A DNA stretch of 32,000 bases from Telmatocola sphagniphila (lineage in GTDB: Bacteria; Planctomycetota; Planctomycetia; Gemmatales; Gemmataceae), in NCBI RefSeq assembly GCF_018398935.1, contig NZ_CP074694.1, positions 900,001 through 932,000 of the forward strand. Reading direction: 5' to 3'. Made by a program: the position numbers and the translations under genes. Below, piece by piece: positions 9,306 to 17,653 of the stretch (within the stretch, counting starts at the first letter, position 1; each line of letters starts with the position of its first letter). The notes under the pieces were generated by a model that was not told where the DNA came from, ran no database searches, and saw only the letters and a list, made by a program, of their open reading frames with translations.

Positions 9306-10319
9306 TTATTTCGCCGCGGCTCGCGTTAGCCGATCTCGCACTGCCAGCCATTCTTCCTCTTTAGGTGGCAACTCAATGAGAATTTCTTCGAACTGATTCT
9401 GATCCAGTTCATGGAGAGTTTGATAAAGAATCTCTGCGTATGCGGCCGGATCGGATGGCATGCATTGAATTTCGGAATAGGGAGCTAACTGCTCCTTCGG
9501 CCAGGAAATAAACAGTGTGATGCGACGGCTTGCTGGTCGAGCGATTGTCACATGCCGAAGCCATTCCTCAGAACTTTCGAAAACCGACAGCGGTGTTTTC
9601 GGGGAGTAATGACGAGCCGACATTCCCGGAGCCGGTTGCGGAATCTGGCCGTCCGCGACATTGGCCCCCCAGACGACCTCCTGTTTTAAGCAATTTCGCA
9701 GATCTTCGGGCGTAACAGGTCCGAAGCGAAGAATCCTCACTGGCTTTTCTGTCAGATCTACAACAGTTGACTCGATTCCTCGTTGAGTTGGACCACCGTC
9801 GAGAATCAACTCGACCCGATCTCCCAGACTTTGCAGAACATGCTCGGCACGCGTTGGGGAAACACCCAGAGAACGATTAGCACTGGGGGCCGCCAGAGGA
9901 ACGCCACTGGCTTCTATCAACGCCCGTGCCACGGGATGGTTAGGCATTCGGATCGCCACGGTCGAACCCCCACCGGTTGCCAAGTCGGGTACGATGGGCG
10001 ATTTGGGAAGTACGATCGTAAGGGGGCCGGGCCAGAATTTTTTTGCCAATAAATCGGCTTCCTCAGGCCAATCGGAGGCAAGAAGCTTGGCCTGAGCGGT
10101 ACTATTAATATGGAGGATCAAAGGATTGGTACTTGGCCGACCTTTCGCGGTATAAATCCTTTGAACAGCCTGAGGATCTAACGCATTTGCCCCGAGGCCA
10201 TAGACGGTCTCGGTGGGGAATGCCACGAGAAGAGCTCGCTTTAGCAAACTCGCTGCTAAAGCGATGATTTCTTGTTCGGGATAGGCCGGTTGAATTGAAA
10301 GGAGTTTGCCCATCTTCAT
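9306..10319 (-). CDS. tsaC: L-threonylcarbamoyladenylate synthase, long Sua5/YwlC type (t6A biosynthesis)
   Basis: YrdC-domain motifs: VAFPTETVYGLGANALDPQAVQRIYTAKGRPSTNPLILHI and SANRSLGVSPT, plus a C-terminal Sua5-domain extension. The track start at 10352 is a TTG. ATGs at 10319 or 10313 (MKMGKLLS...) are more likely. Confidence 0.93.
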   Translation of the reverse strand: MKMGKLLSIQPAYPEQEIIALAASLLKRALLVAFPTETVYGLGANALDPQAVQRIYTAKGRPSTNPLILHINSTAQAKLLASDWPEEADLLAKKFWPGPLTIVLPKSPIVPDLATGGGSTVAIRMPNHPVARALIEASGVPLAAPSANRSLGVSPTRAEHVLQSLGDRVELILDGGPTQRGIESTVVDLTEKPVRILRFGPVTPEDLRNCLKQEVVWGANVADGQIPQPAPGMSARHYSPKTPLSVFESSEEWLRHVTIARPASRRITLFISWPKEQLAPYSEIQCMPSDPAAYAEILYQTLHELDQNQFEEILIELPPKEEEWLAVRDRLTRAAAK

Positions 10320-10484
10320 AGACCTATCGATTGGAATATTGAGAAGATCCAATAAAAATACATCAAATCGTTCTTTCGGAACATTTGCGGGATCTGTTAC
10401 GATAGTAACTACTCGTTAAAGACTTGTCAGACTTCAATACCGTCCTACGGTTTGCATGTACTCGCAGCCAGATAGGAACCAGGC

Positions 10485-11948
10485 ATGGCAGATATTACTT
10501 CGAAGACCTCTATTACCCCTACGCCCGAACAACGCCGAATCGCCGCGGACAATTTCGACCGTGCCAATCAGATATTGCCCTCGGGTAATTATGACTATGG
10601 CATCCAGTTGTTGCAACTCTGCTGCAAACTCGATCCCGGCAATCTCGCCTATCGCCAGATGCTGCGCCGGACCCAGAAGAGCAAATACAGCAACCTCAAA
10701 GGCAGTTCTCTGGCATTCATGACTACCGCCGGGACACGGACCCGCATGAAGAATTGCCTCCGCAGCGGCGACTATCTGAAAGTGCTTGAGTACGGTGAAG
10801 AAATTCTTTCGAAAAATCCCTGGGATCTCGGCGTCCAACAGGACATGGCCACCGCTGCGGAATCAGCCGGTTTACTCGACACGGCGATCTTCGTGCTGGA
10901 CCAGGCGCGACAAAAATTTCCCAAAGATCCGGGACTGAATCGGCAACTGGCTCGACTCTTCGAAAAACGGGGCCATTTCCAGCATGCAATTGCCCTTTGG
11001 CAAATGGTGAAAGAGGCCGTTCCCAGTGATGTGGAAGCGGCCCATAAAGCCAAGGATCTGGCCGCTAGCGAGACGATTCAGCGTGGACGCTACGGCGAAG
11101 GTGGTGGCAGCAATACCCACACGGCGATCGGCTCCGGAACAGGTAGTAACAGCGATTCCAAAGAACAACCCGCTCTCGATCGGGCGGCTCGCGAGGCGGC
11201 TCCTTTTCTGAAAAAGATCCAGGAAAAGCCCGAAGACGTTCACGCCTGGTTGCAACTGGCCGGTGTGTACAAGAAAATGAATCGTGTCGAGCAGGCCAAG
11301 GAAACGCTGGAGAAGGCGTTGAATGCCACGGGGCAGAATTTCCAGGTTCGTATGGAACTTCTGGAAATGGAGATTGACCCCCTCACCAAAAATCTCAGCT
11401 TGAGCAATGCGAAAATTGCCGAACTGGAAGCGCAAAGCGCTGAAGAGGCGGTCGAAGAAGTAGACGGCCCTTCTCTGGAAGACCTCAAGCGGATTCGCAA
11501 TAAGCTCATCAAGGAAATCAATGCCCGCGAAGTAGAAATCTTTCGAGCCAAGAGCGAGCGTTTCCCAACCGACGCCAGCTTTCGACTGGAACTGGCCATC
11601 CGACTCTACCAGGGCGGTAAGGTGGACGAAGCGATCGCCGAATTGCAGGTCGTGCGAAAAGACACTCGGCTTTCGGGTAAAGCGATGATGCATCTGGGCA
11701 AGTGCTTCCTGCTCAAGAACAACTGGCGTTTGGCCCAGCGAAATCTCGAAGAGTCCCTGGCGGCAGTGACCGTCAACGACGAAGCTTCCAAGAAGGAACT
11801 GCTGTTTTTACTCGCGAAAGGCCATGCGGAGTTCGGCGAACTGACGAAGGCCATTGAGCTTGGTCACGACCTGGAAAACATCGATTTCGTCTATAAAGGC
11901 ATCGATAAACTGGTCGAAGCCTGGGAAACCCGGCTGCAGGAAGCTTAG
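10485..11948 (+). CDS. Tetratricopeptide-repeat protein with a central coiled-coil/acidic segment
   Basis: Repeated TPR-like helix pairs: YDYGIQLLQLCCKLDPGNLAYRQML, ARLFEKRGHFQHAIALWQMV, AWLQLAGVYKKMNRVEQAKETLEKAL, LAIRLYQGGKVDEAIAEL and HLGKCFLLKNNWRLAQRNLEESL. There is no signal peptide. The start is an ATG with TAGGAA upstream. Confidence 0.8.
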   Translation: MADITSKTSITPTPEQRRIAADNFDRANQILPSGNYDYGIQLLQLCCKLDPGNLAYRQMLRRTQKSKYSNLKGSSLAFMTTAGTRTRMKNCLRSGDYLKVLEYGEEILSKNPWDLGVQQDMATAAESAGLLDTAIFVLDQARQKFPKDPGLNRQLARLFEKRGHFQHAIALWQMVKEAVPSDVEAAHKAKDLAASETIQRGRYGEGGGSNTHTAIGSGTGSNSDSKEQPALDRAAREAAPFLKKIQEKPEDVHAWLQLAGVYKKMNRVEQAKETLEKALNATGQNFQVRMELLEMEIDPLTKNLSLSNAKIAELEAQSAEEAVEEVDGPSLEDLKRIRNKLIKEINAREVEIFRAKSERFPTDASFRLELAIRLYQGGKVDEAIAELQVVRKDTRLSGKAMMHLGKCFLLKNNWRLAQRNLEESLAAVTVNDEASKKELLFLLAKGHAEFGELTKAIELGHDLENIDFVYKGIDKLVEAWETRLQEA

Positions 11949-12085
11949 ACCGACTGATTTTTGTTCGCCCAATCCTCCCGATTTGCACATTTTGACAAGC
12001 CGAAAGCCGATAATAAACTGTCGGCCTTGCAAAATTTTCCATTCCTCAGCAGACTACAGCTAGGGAAAGGTCGTCGTAATTCGGG

Positions 12086-13117
12086 ATGAAATTGATCGCG
12101 CCAAATCTCGTCAGTTCCAGGAAGCAGCTCGCATGGCCTTTGTCCTACCAGAGGTTGAAGTGGGCAAGCCTTGCTGCGCTCCTTACCGTTCTGGGATTGC
12201 TGCTCTGGGAAGTGCTTCACGTTCTGGCAGGCTGGAATACTCACACAGTCATCGACAAACAACTTTACCGCAGTGCGCAGCTCTCTGAAGCCAAGCTCCG
12301 GGAATTCGCCTCGGAAAACGGTATCAAAACCATCGTCAACTTGCGGGGCTTCAACGGTTGGGAAGGCTGGTACCAAGCCGAGAGTAAAGTCGCTGCCGAA
12401 CTCGGTATCTCTCAAGAAGATTTGACGACCTCCGCGAACGTCTTCCCCAACCCTAACGAGATGCGCAAACTGGTCGAGATCTACGACCGGAGCGAACGGC
12501 CCTTGCTGGTTCACTGCCGTCGGGGATCGGATCGCACGGGACTGGCCACGGGGATTTTTCTGCTGCTCTATACCAATGCCAATTTGAGCGATGTGCGATG
12601 GAACTGCTCCCCGCGCTATGGGCATTTTCGGGCGATGACCACGGCTCGCATGGACGAGTTCTTTGACTTTTACGAAGAATATCTTCAGTCAATTCAGAAG
12701 GAACATAGTCCCGAAATATTTCGCGACTGGATCCTCACGAAATATGAACCGGGGCATTTTCTCGGGAACTTGAAGCTTCCGCCTCAGCCGGAATGGAAGC
12801 GGGATCAGACGCTTTGCTTCATCGCCCAGGCGGAAAACCTCTCCTCAATGCCGTGGAAAATGAGTGCCGGGCGATTCGTCGGCGTGCACCTGTGCTATCA
12901 GGTAAACGACGAAGCCGGAGAGATTGTTTATAAGGACGTAGCCGGTCTCTTCGATCGCGTGGTGCAACCGGGTGAAAGTGTGGATCTGGAGATCTGCCTT
13001 CCGGCCATCAAAAAAGCGGGTACCTACTACCTCCACTTCGAGCTGACGGGCGAGAAACATATCGCTTTCAGCAAGATCGGCTGGCAGCCGATCGTTTGGA
13101 AATTTGAAATTCGATAA
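12086..13117 (+). CDS. Membrane-anchored cysteine phosphatase (atypical dual-specificity/tyrosine-phosphatase fold, CX5R) with a C-terminal beta-rich domain
   Basis: N-terminal TM helix: WASLAALLTVLGLLLWEVLHVLAG. The LYRSAQLSEAKLREFASENGIKTIVNLRG entry is typical of atypical DSP / Y_phosphatase2-like proteins. The P-loop is VHCRRGSDRTGLATG (HCX5R[ST], nt 12512-12541). The roughly 130-aa C-terminal region (VGVHLCYQVNDEAGEIVY...VQPGESVDLEICLPAIKKAGTYYLHFELTGEKHIAF) looks like an Ig/NBR1-like beta-sandwich; that last part is a guess. Confidence 0.8.
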   Translation: MKLIAPNLVSSRKQLAWPLSYQRLKWASLAALLTVLGLLLWEVLHVLAGWNTHTVIDKQLYRSAQLSEAKLREFASENGIKTIVNLRGFNGWEGWYQAESKVAAELGISQEDLTTSANVFPNPNEMRKLVEIYDRSERPLLVHCRRGSDRTGLATGIFLLLYTNANLSDVRWNCSPRYGHFRAMTTARMDEFFDFYEEYLQSIQKEHSPEIFRDWILTKYEPGHFLGNLKLPPQPEWKRDQTLCFIAQAENLSSMPWKMSAGRFVGVHLCYQVNDEAGEIVYKDVAGLFDRVVQPGESVDLEICLPAIKKAGTYYLHFELTGEKHIAFSKIGWQPIVWKFEIR

Positions 13118-13137
13118 TTGAACCAGGGAAGGTTCTC

Positions 13138-14112
13138 ATGCGAAAGCTTTCAATCGTAATTCCGATCAAGGATGAACAGGATAACCTGAAGCCGCTGCAC
13201 GCGTTGGTCGTGAAGAGTCTGCAGGATTGGGGTCCCTGGGAATTGATTTTTGTCGACGACGGCAGTACGGACCGTTCGCCGCAAGTACTCAGCGATCTCG
13301 CTCAGGCTGATTCCCGGGTCAAAGTCATCCGACTCCGCAAAAATTTTGGGCAGGCGGCGGCCACGCAAGCCGGTCTGGATGCTGCCACCGGCGATTTGAT
13401 TGCGACCATGGATGGTGATATTCAGAATGATCCTTCAGATCTCACCGGTATGATCGCCAAGCTGGATGAAGGTTATGATGTGATTCTCGGAGAGCGGGCT
13501 AAACGCAAAGACGGTATGCTCCTTCGCAAGGTTCCCAGCTATCTGGCCAACCGTCTGATTCGCAAAGTAGCCGGTATTCCTTTCCGGGATTTCGGCTGCG
13601 CCATCCGCGTCATGAAAGCGGAATTTGCTCACGGCTTGAAACTCTACGGCGAAATGCACCGGTTTATCACCGTTTTGTTGATGAATCAGGGTGCTCGAAT
13701 TGCTCAATTGCCGGTGAAGCATCACGCTCGCAATGCCGGTACTTCAAAGTACGGCATCGGCCGAACCGGACGAGTGATTCTGGATCTGATCACCATCAAG
13801 TTTCTCTCGGGTTATCTGACCCGACCGATGCATTTTCTGGGCGGCATTGGGCTCACTTTTGTCGGAGCGGGTGTTGTCGCTCTGGCCGCGACAGTCCTTA
13901 TGAAGATGATTTCCGGCCTCTGGATGACTGGTAACCCTTTGCTCCATCTGAGTGTGATGCTCACCCTTGTGGGCATGCAATTCGTCTCGATGGGAGTCAT
14001 CGGGGAGGTTGTGGTCCGGACCTATTTCGAAAGCCAGAGTAAATCTCCCTATAGCGTGCGGGAGACTCTGAATATTGAAGAGCCTAATGTGGCGGAACGC
14101 AAAGCGGCTTAA
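13138..14112 (+). CDS. Family 2 glycosyltransferase, polyprenyl-phosphate sugar synthase type (GtrB/ArnC/DPM1-like) with two C-terminal TM helices
   Basis: LSIVIPIKDEQDNL...LIFVDDGSTDRS...VIRLRKNFGQAAATQAGLDAATGDLIATMDGDIQNDP shows a GT-A fold with a DxD motif. C-terminal hydrophobic helices are FLGGIGLTFVGAGVVALAATVLM and LLHLSVMLTLVGMQFVSMGVIGEVV. It starts 20 nt after the phosphatase gene, with GGGAAGG as RBS. Confidence 0.9.
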   Translation: MRKLSIVIPIKDEQDNLKPLHALVVKSLQDWGPWELIFVDDGSTDRSPQVLSDLAQADSRVKVIRLRKNFGQAAATQAGLDAATGDLIATMDGDIQNDPSDLTGMIAKLDEGYDVILGERAKRKDGMLLRKVPSYLANRLIRKVAGIPFRDFGCAIRVMKAEFAHGLKLYGEMHRFITVLLMNQGARIAQLPVKHHARNAGTSKYGIGRTGRVILDLITIKFLSGYLTRPMHFLGGIGLTFVGAGVVALAATVLMKMISGLWMTGNPLLHLSVMLTLVGMQFVSMGVIGEVVVRTYFESQSKSPYSVRETLNIEEPNVAERKAA

Positions 14113-14114
14113 TT

Positions 14115-15068
14115 TCAAAGGTCGAGAGTCGTTCCGATATTCATCTCCCGCGCTCGGAGGAGGATTTTCTGAGCCACTACGATATCTTCCAGGCCGATGC
14201 CTAGCGATTTGAACAAAGTGATTTCCGTCGGGGATTCCCGACCCGGTAAGCGGCCGGTGACGACTCGACCCAATTCGTGGATATCGGACCAGGCAATCAG
14301 CTTAGTATCCAGGGCTTCCGCAAAATCGCCGGCCTCAATCCGGCCTTGTTCCTTGCTGTCAATCACTAGAACGTTCGTCTTTTTGATAACTTCCAGATCG
14401 ATTTCCGATTTGCCCAGGAAATTCGAACCCACAATATTCAGATGCGTGCCCGGGGCAATCCACTCTCCTTTTAAAACCGGAGTGCGACTCTTCGTGGCCG
14501 TGCAAATAATATCCTGACCGAGGGCGGCCTGTTCCGGTTGAGTAGCCGCTACGATCGGCAGCCCTTCTTTTTGAAGATCTTCCACGAAGGCTTTGAGATT
14601 CGCTTCCGTCGGACTGTAAGCCGTAATCTTTTCGATCTTCCGGACTTTGCAAACCGCTAACACCTGCGTGCGAGCTTGCTTACCGCTGCCATAAATCCCG
14701 AGATGTTTCGATTCCGGCCGGGACAAACACTTCGTCGCAACCGCACTGGCGGCTCCCGTTCGTACCTGTCCGAGATGATCGGCTTGCATCAAAGCCGACA
14801 TCTCTCCCGATTTGGCATCATAAATCGTAACGTGGAAACGGGCGGCCGCTTTGGTGGTCGTATAAGCCTTGTAGCCGATTACTCCCAGGGACTTGGCTGC
14901 AGCGGAAAGCACATGCAGGATGGTGTGATCGGTCTGGCAGCGCGACCGGGGGATGTTGAAGGCTTCTTCCAGAGCCATTTTGCGTAAACCGGCTTCGACG
15001 GCTTCGATCGCCATTTCCATGGTGAGAACCTGGCGAACCTGTTCTTCCGTGAGATACAAGACAGGCAT
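14115..15068 (-). CDS. Ornithine cyclodeaminase / mu-crystallin family NAD(P)-dependent enzyme (cyclodeaminase, ketimine reductase or archaeal-type alanine dehydrogenase; substrate unknown)
   Basis: Family-typical N-terminus MPVLYLTEEQVRQVLTMEMAIEAVEAGL. Rossmann segment HLGIYGSGKQARTQVLAV. Also ATKSRTPVLKGEWIAPGTHLNIVGSN and LFKSLGIGLEDI. It begins 24 nt downstream of the aminotransferase gene on the same strand. Confidence 0.9.
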   Translation of the reverse strand: MPVLYLTEEQVRQVLTMEMAIEAVEAGLRKMALEEAFNIPRSRCQTDHTILHVLSAAAKSLGVIGYKAYTTTKAAARFHVTIYDAKSGEMSALMQADHLGQVRTGAASAVATKCLSRPESKHLGIYGSGKQARTQVLAVCKVRKIEKITAYSPTEANLKAFVEDLQKEGLPIVAATQPEQAALGQDIICTATKSRTPVLKGEWIAPGTHLNIVGSNFLGKSEIDLEVIKKTNVLVIDSKEQGRIEAGDFAEALDTKLIAWSDIHELGRVVTGRLPGRESPTEITLFKSLGIGLEDIVVAQKILLRAREMNIGTTLDL

Positions 15069-15092
15069 AGTATCTCCTTTCGATTTAACGGA

Positions 15093-16283
15093 TTACGTCG
15101 CAAGCCATTTGGCGAACGCGTCCAACCCCTCTTTGATGACTTCATCACTCGTCGCGAACGACATTCGAATGAAGCCTTCCTGACCAAATGCCGAGCCGGG
15201 CACAAAATTCACTTTAGCCTTTTCGAGAGCGGCCGTACAGAAACCTAATGAATCCGTCACTTTTACGCCGTCGATCGTTCGGCCGAAATAGGCCGAGACG
15301 TTGAAGAAAACGTAGAAAGCACCTTCCGGTTCCGGAAAAGTGATGTGCGGAATTTTTCGCAGCAAACCGCAGGTTAAATCTTTGCGACGGGCAAAGTGCT
15401 CGCGCATCTCGGCCACGCATTCCTGCGGGCCGTTGAGGGCCGCCAGAAGGGCATACTGGCTGACGCTCGAAGGACAGCCGGTTTCCTGGCCCTGAATGTT
15501 ATTCATGGCGGCAATGACCGGAGCAGGGGCAATCGTCCAGCCCATGCGCCAGCCGGTCATGGCGTAGCTCTTACTGGCACCGCTGATGGTGATAGTTCGC
15601 TGTTTCAAGCCGGGCCTTAGCGTAGCCACACAGGTGGGCTTGGCATCGCCGTAGGTCAGTTGTTCGTAGATTTCATCGCTGAGGATAATCAGGTTCTTTT
15701 CGATGGCGATGTCAACGAGAGCTTCTAGTTCCTGCTTGGTGTAGACCGTTCCCGTCGGATTGCACGGCGAGTTCAGCATCAGCAGTTTGGAATTCTGAGT
15801 GACAGCACCGCGGAACTGGGCCGGAGTCATCTTGAACTTGGATTCCGCCGTCGTTTCGACCAACACCGGCTTGGCCCCGGTCATGCTGACGAGGTCGCTG
15901 TAACTCACCCAATAGGGGGCCGGGATGATCACTTCGTCGCCCGGGTTCAAAGTCGCCGCCAAGGCGTTGTGGATGGAATGCTTGGCCCCGGCGGAGATCA
16001 GTACTTCCGCCGGTTCGCATTCGAGGCCGTGCACTTTCTTGTACCAGGCGCAGACCGCTTTACGCAATTCCATGATGCCGGGAGCGGGCGTATAGTGCGT
16101 GTGGCCGGCCTTGACCGCTTCATCCGCGGCTTTACAAATATGGGCCGGCGTGGGAAAATCGGGCTCGCCAAGACTGAAGTCGTAAACCTTGATACCCGAA
16201 TCTTTCATCTGTTTGGCTTTGGCTCCGGCGGCCATGGTGGCGGAGGGCTTCACGGAATTGGCCAACTTCGAAATCGCAATCAT
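15093..16283 (-). CDS. PLP-dependent class I aminotransferase, aspartate/prephenate aminotransferase subgroup Ib-like
   Basis: FSLGEPDFPTP, YTPAPGIMELRKAV and NSPCNPTG are present, with the PLP-lysine motif SGASKSYAMTGWRMGW. I prefer the ATG at 16283 (MIAISKL...) over the TTG track start at 16301. Confidence 0.92.
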   Translation of the reverse strand: MIAISKLANSVKPSATMAAGAKAKQMKDSGIKVYDFSLGEPDFPTPAHICKAADEAVKAGHTHYTPAPGIMELRKAVCAWYKKVHGLECEPAEVLISAGAKHSIHNALAATLNPGDEVIIPAPYWVSYSDLVSMTGAKPVLVETTAESKFKMTPAQFRGAVTQNSKLLMLNSPCNPTGTVYTKQELEALVDIAIEKNLIILSDEIYEQLTYGDAKPTCVATLRPGLKQRTITISGASKSYAMTGWRMGWTIAPAPVIAAMNNIQGQETGCPSSVSQYALLAALNGPQECVAEMREHFARRKDLTCGLLRKIPHITFPEPEGAFYVFFNVSAYFGRTIDGVKVTDSLGFCTAALEKAKVNFVPGSAFGQEGFIRMSFATSDEVIKEGLDAFAKWLAT

Positions 16284-16381
16284 GCCTGTCACGGCTCCCA
16301 AATAAAAGCGGGCGTGTCAAATTGCTCTTCGATCATACTATGACAGCCCGCGACGTTGCGTAGTGCAGAATAAGGCAAAAC

Positions 16382-17653
16382 ATGCCATTGAACCTGCTTC
16401 ATGTGATACAAAGATACCCCCCGGCTTGGGGCGGTTCGGAGGCTTATTTTGCCCGGCTCTCGCGCTGGCTGGTGGAACGCGGTCATTCGGTGGAGGTCTG
16501 GACGACCGATGCGAATGATCTTTCGGCCTTTTGGAACTCGAAGGCCAGCCGATTACCCGCTGGCGAATCGTTCGATGGCCAAGTATCCATCCGGCGTTTC
16601 CCGATCGACTACTGGCCTTTGCGGAGGTATCTTCTAAAAGGGCTTTCTCTGTTGCCGATGCCTGCACTTAAGGGATGGGTGCTTCCCGTCAATCCCATCA
16701 GTTTTGGCATGCGAAAAGAGGCAAAAATCACACAGAAAAAGTTCGATGCAGTGCATGCTTCGGCTTTCCCTTATTTGTTCCCCTGTCTTTGCGGACTGAA
16801 GCTAGCCCGTCGGCTCGGTTGCCCCTTTATCCTCACACCGTTTGTGCATATCGGCCCCTGGAATGATCCCAACAATGCCATCCGAAGGGCGTACCTCGCC
16901 AAGCCGATGGTACGACTTTTGAGAGAGTCCGATCTGATTTTTGCTCAAACGCCGAGTGAAGTTCAAGCAATCCAGCAGATGGGAGTGCCCGCGGAAAAAA
17001 TACGCCTTCAAGGTTTGGGTGTTGATACTACCGAAGTTACTGGAGGCAATCGCTTACAAGCTCGCTCGAGGTGGGGAGCGATGGAGGATCAACTTGTCAT
17101 CGGTCATCTGGCTAATCTTTCAAGGGAAAAAGGCACCCTCGATCTCCTCGAAGCTTTACGAATCGCTCTGGAGAAAAACCCTTCGTTAGTACCTCAGGTC
17201 CGATTGGTTCTGGCGGGCCCGAGCATGCTGCCGAACCTGGAGAAGGACTTGAAGCGACAGCCGGTGTTAACGTCGGTGGTCTCGATTGTTGGACCGCTGT
17301 CGCATGTTGAGAAGCGGGATTTCTTTGCCGGCATAGATCTCTTCTGCATGCCGTCGATTTCCGATTCGTTCGGCTTGGTTTATCTGGAAGCGATGGCTAA
17401 TGGTAAGCGCTGTTTGGGTTACAAAGCGGGCGGGGCCGGAGATGTCTTACAGGGGACGGGAGGCGAGGCAGTGGAAGCCAACCTAGGGGTTCTCTCGGAT
17501 GCCTTGTTTGGGATTTTAACGTTACAAGAAAGTTACCAGCAAATATCCGAAGAGGCAATCGAACGTTGCCAGAGAGAATTTCTCTGGCAACCAAAATTGG
17601 AACTGGTGGAACACGAGATAATCGAACTCCTGCGTTCCAGGATCAGAAGCTAA
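16382..17653 (+). CDS. Family 4 (GT-B) glycosyltransferase
   Basis: N-terminus LNLLHVIQRYPPAWGGSEAYFARLSRWLVERGHSVEVWT. C-terminal donor-binding region FCMPSISDSFGLVYLEAMANGKRCLGYKAGGAGDV (EX7E-type). Confidence 0.88.
   Translation: MPLNLLHVIQRYPPAWGGSEAYFARLSRWLVERGHSVEVWTTDANDLSAFWNSKASRLPAGESFDGQVSIRRFPIDYWPLRRYLLKGLSLLPMPALKGWVLPVNPISFGMRKEAKITQKKFDAVHASAFPYLFPCLCGLKLARRLGCPFILTPFVHIGPWNDPNNAIRRAYLAKPMVRLLRESDLIFAQTPSEVQAIQQMGVPAEKIRLQGLGVDTTEVTGGNRLQARSRWGAMEDQLVIGHLANLSREKGTLDLLEALRIALEKNPSLVPQVRLVLAGPSMLPNLEKDLKRQPVLTSVVSIVGPLSHVEKRDFFAGIDLFCMPSISDSFGLVYLEAMANGKRCLGYKAGGAGDVLQGTGGEAVEANLGVLSDALFGILTLQESYQQISEEAIERCQREFLWQPKLELVEHEIIELLRSRIRS

Noticed and set aside
11990-12035. Possible terminator after the TPR gene (CAAGCCGA...TCGGCCTTG)
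   Set aside because: The stem needs a bulge, the loop is 17 nt, and there is only a weak T-run. It is too poor to call without an energy calculation.
11945-12625. 226-aa minus-strand ORF overlapping the start of the phosphatase gene
   Set aside because: The + strand frame carries a TM helix and an HCX5R P-loop and is followed by a coupled GT2. The minus-strand translation has no motif and would leave the + gene unexplained.
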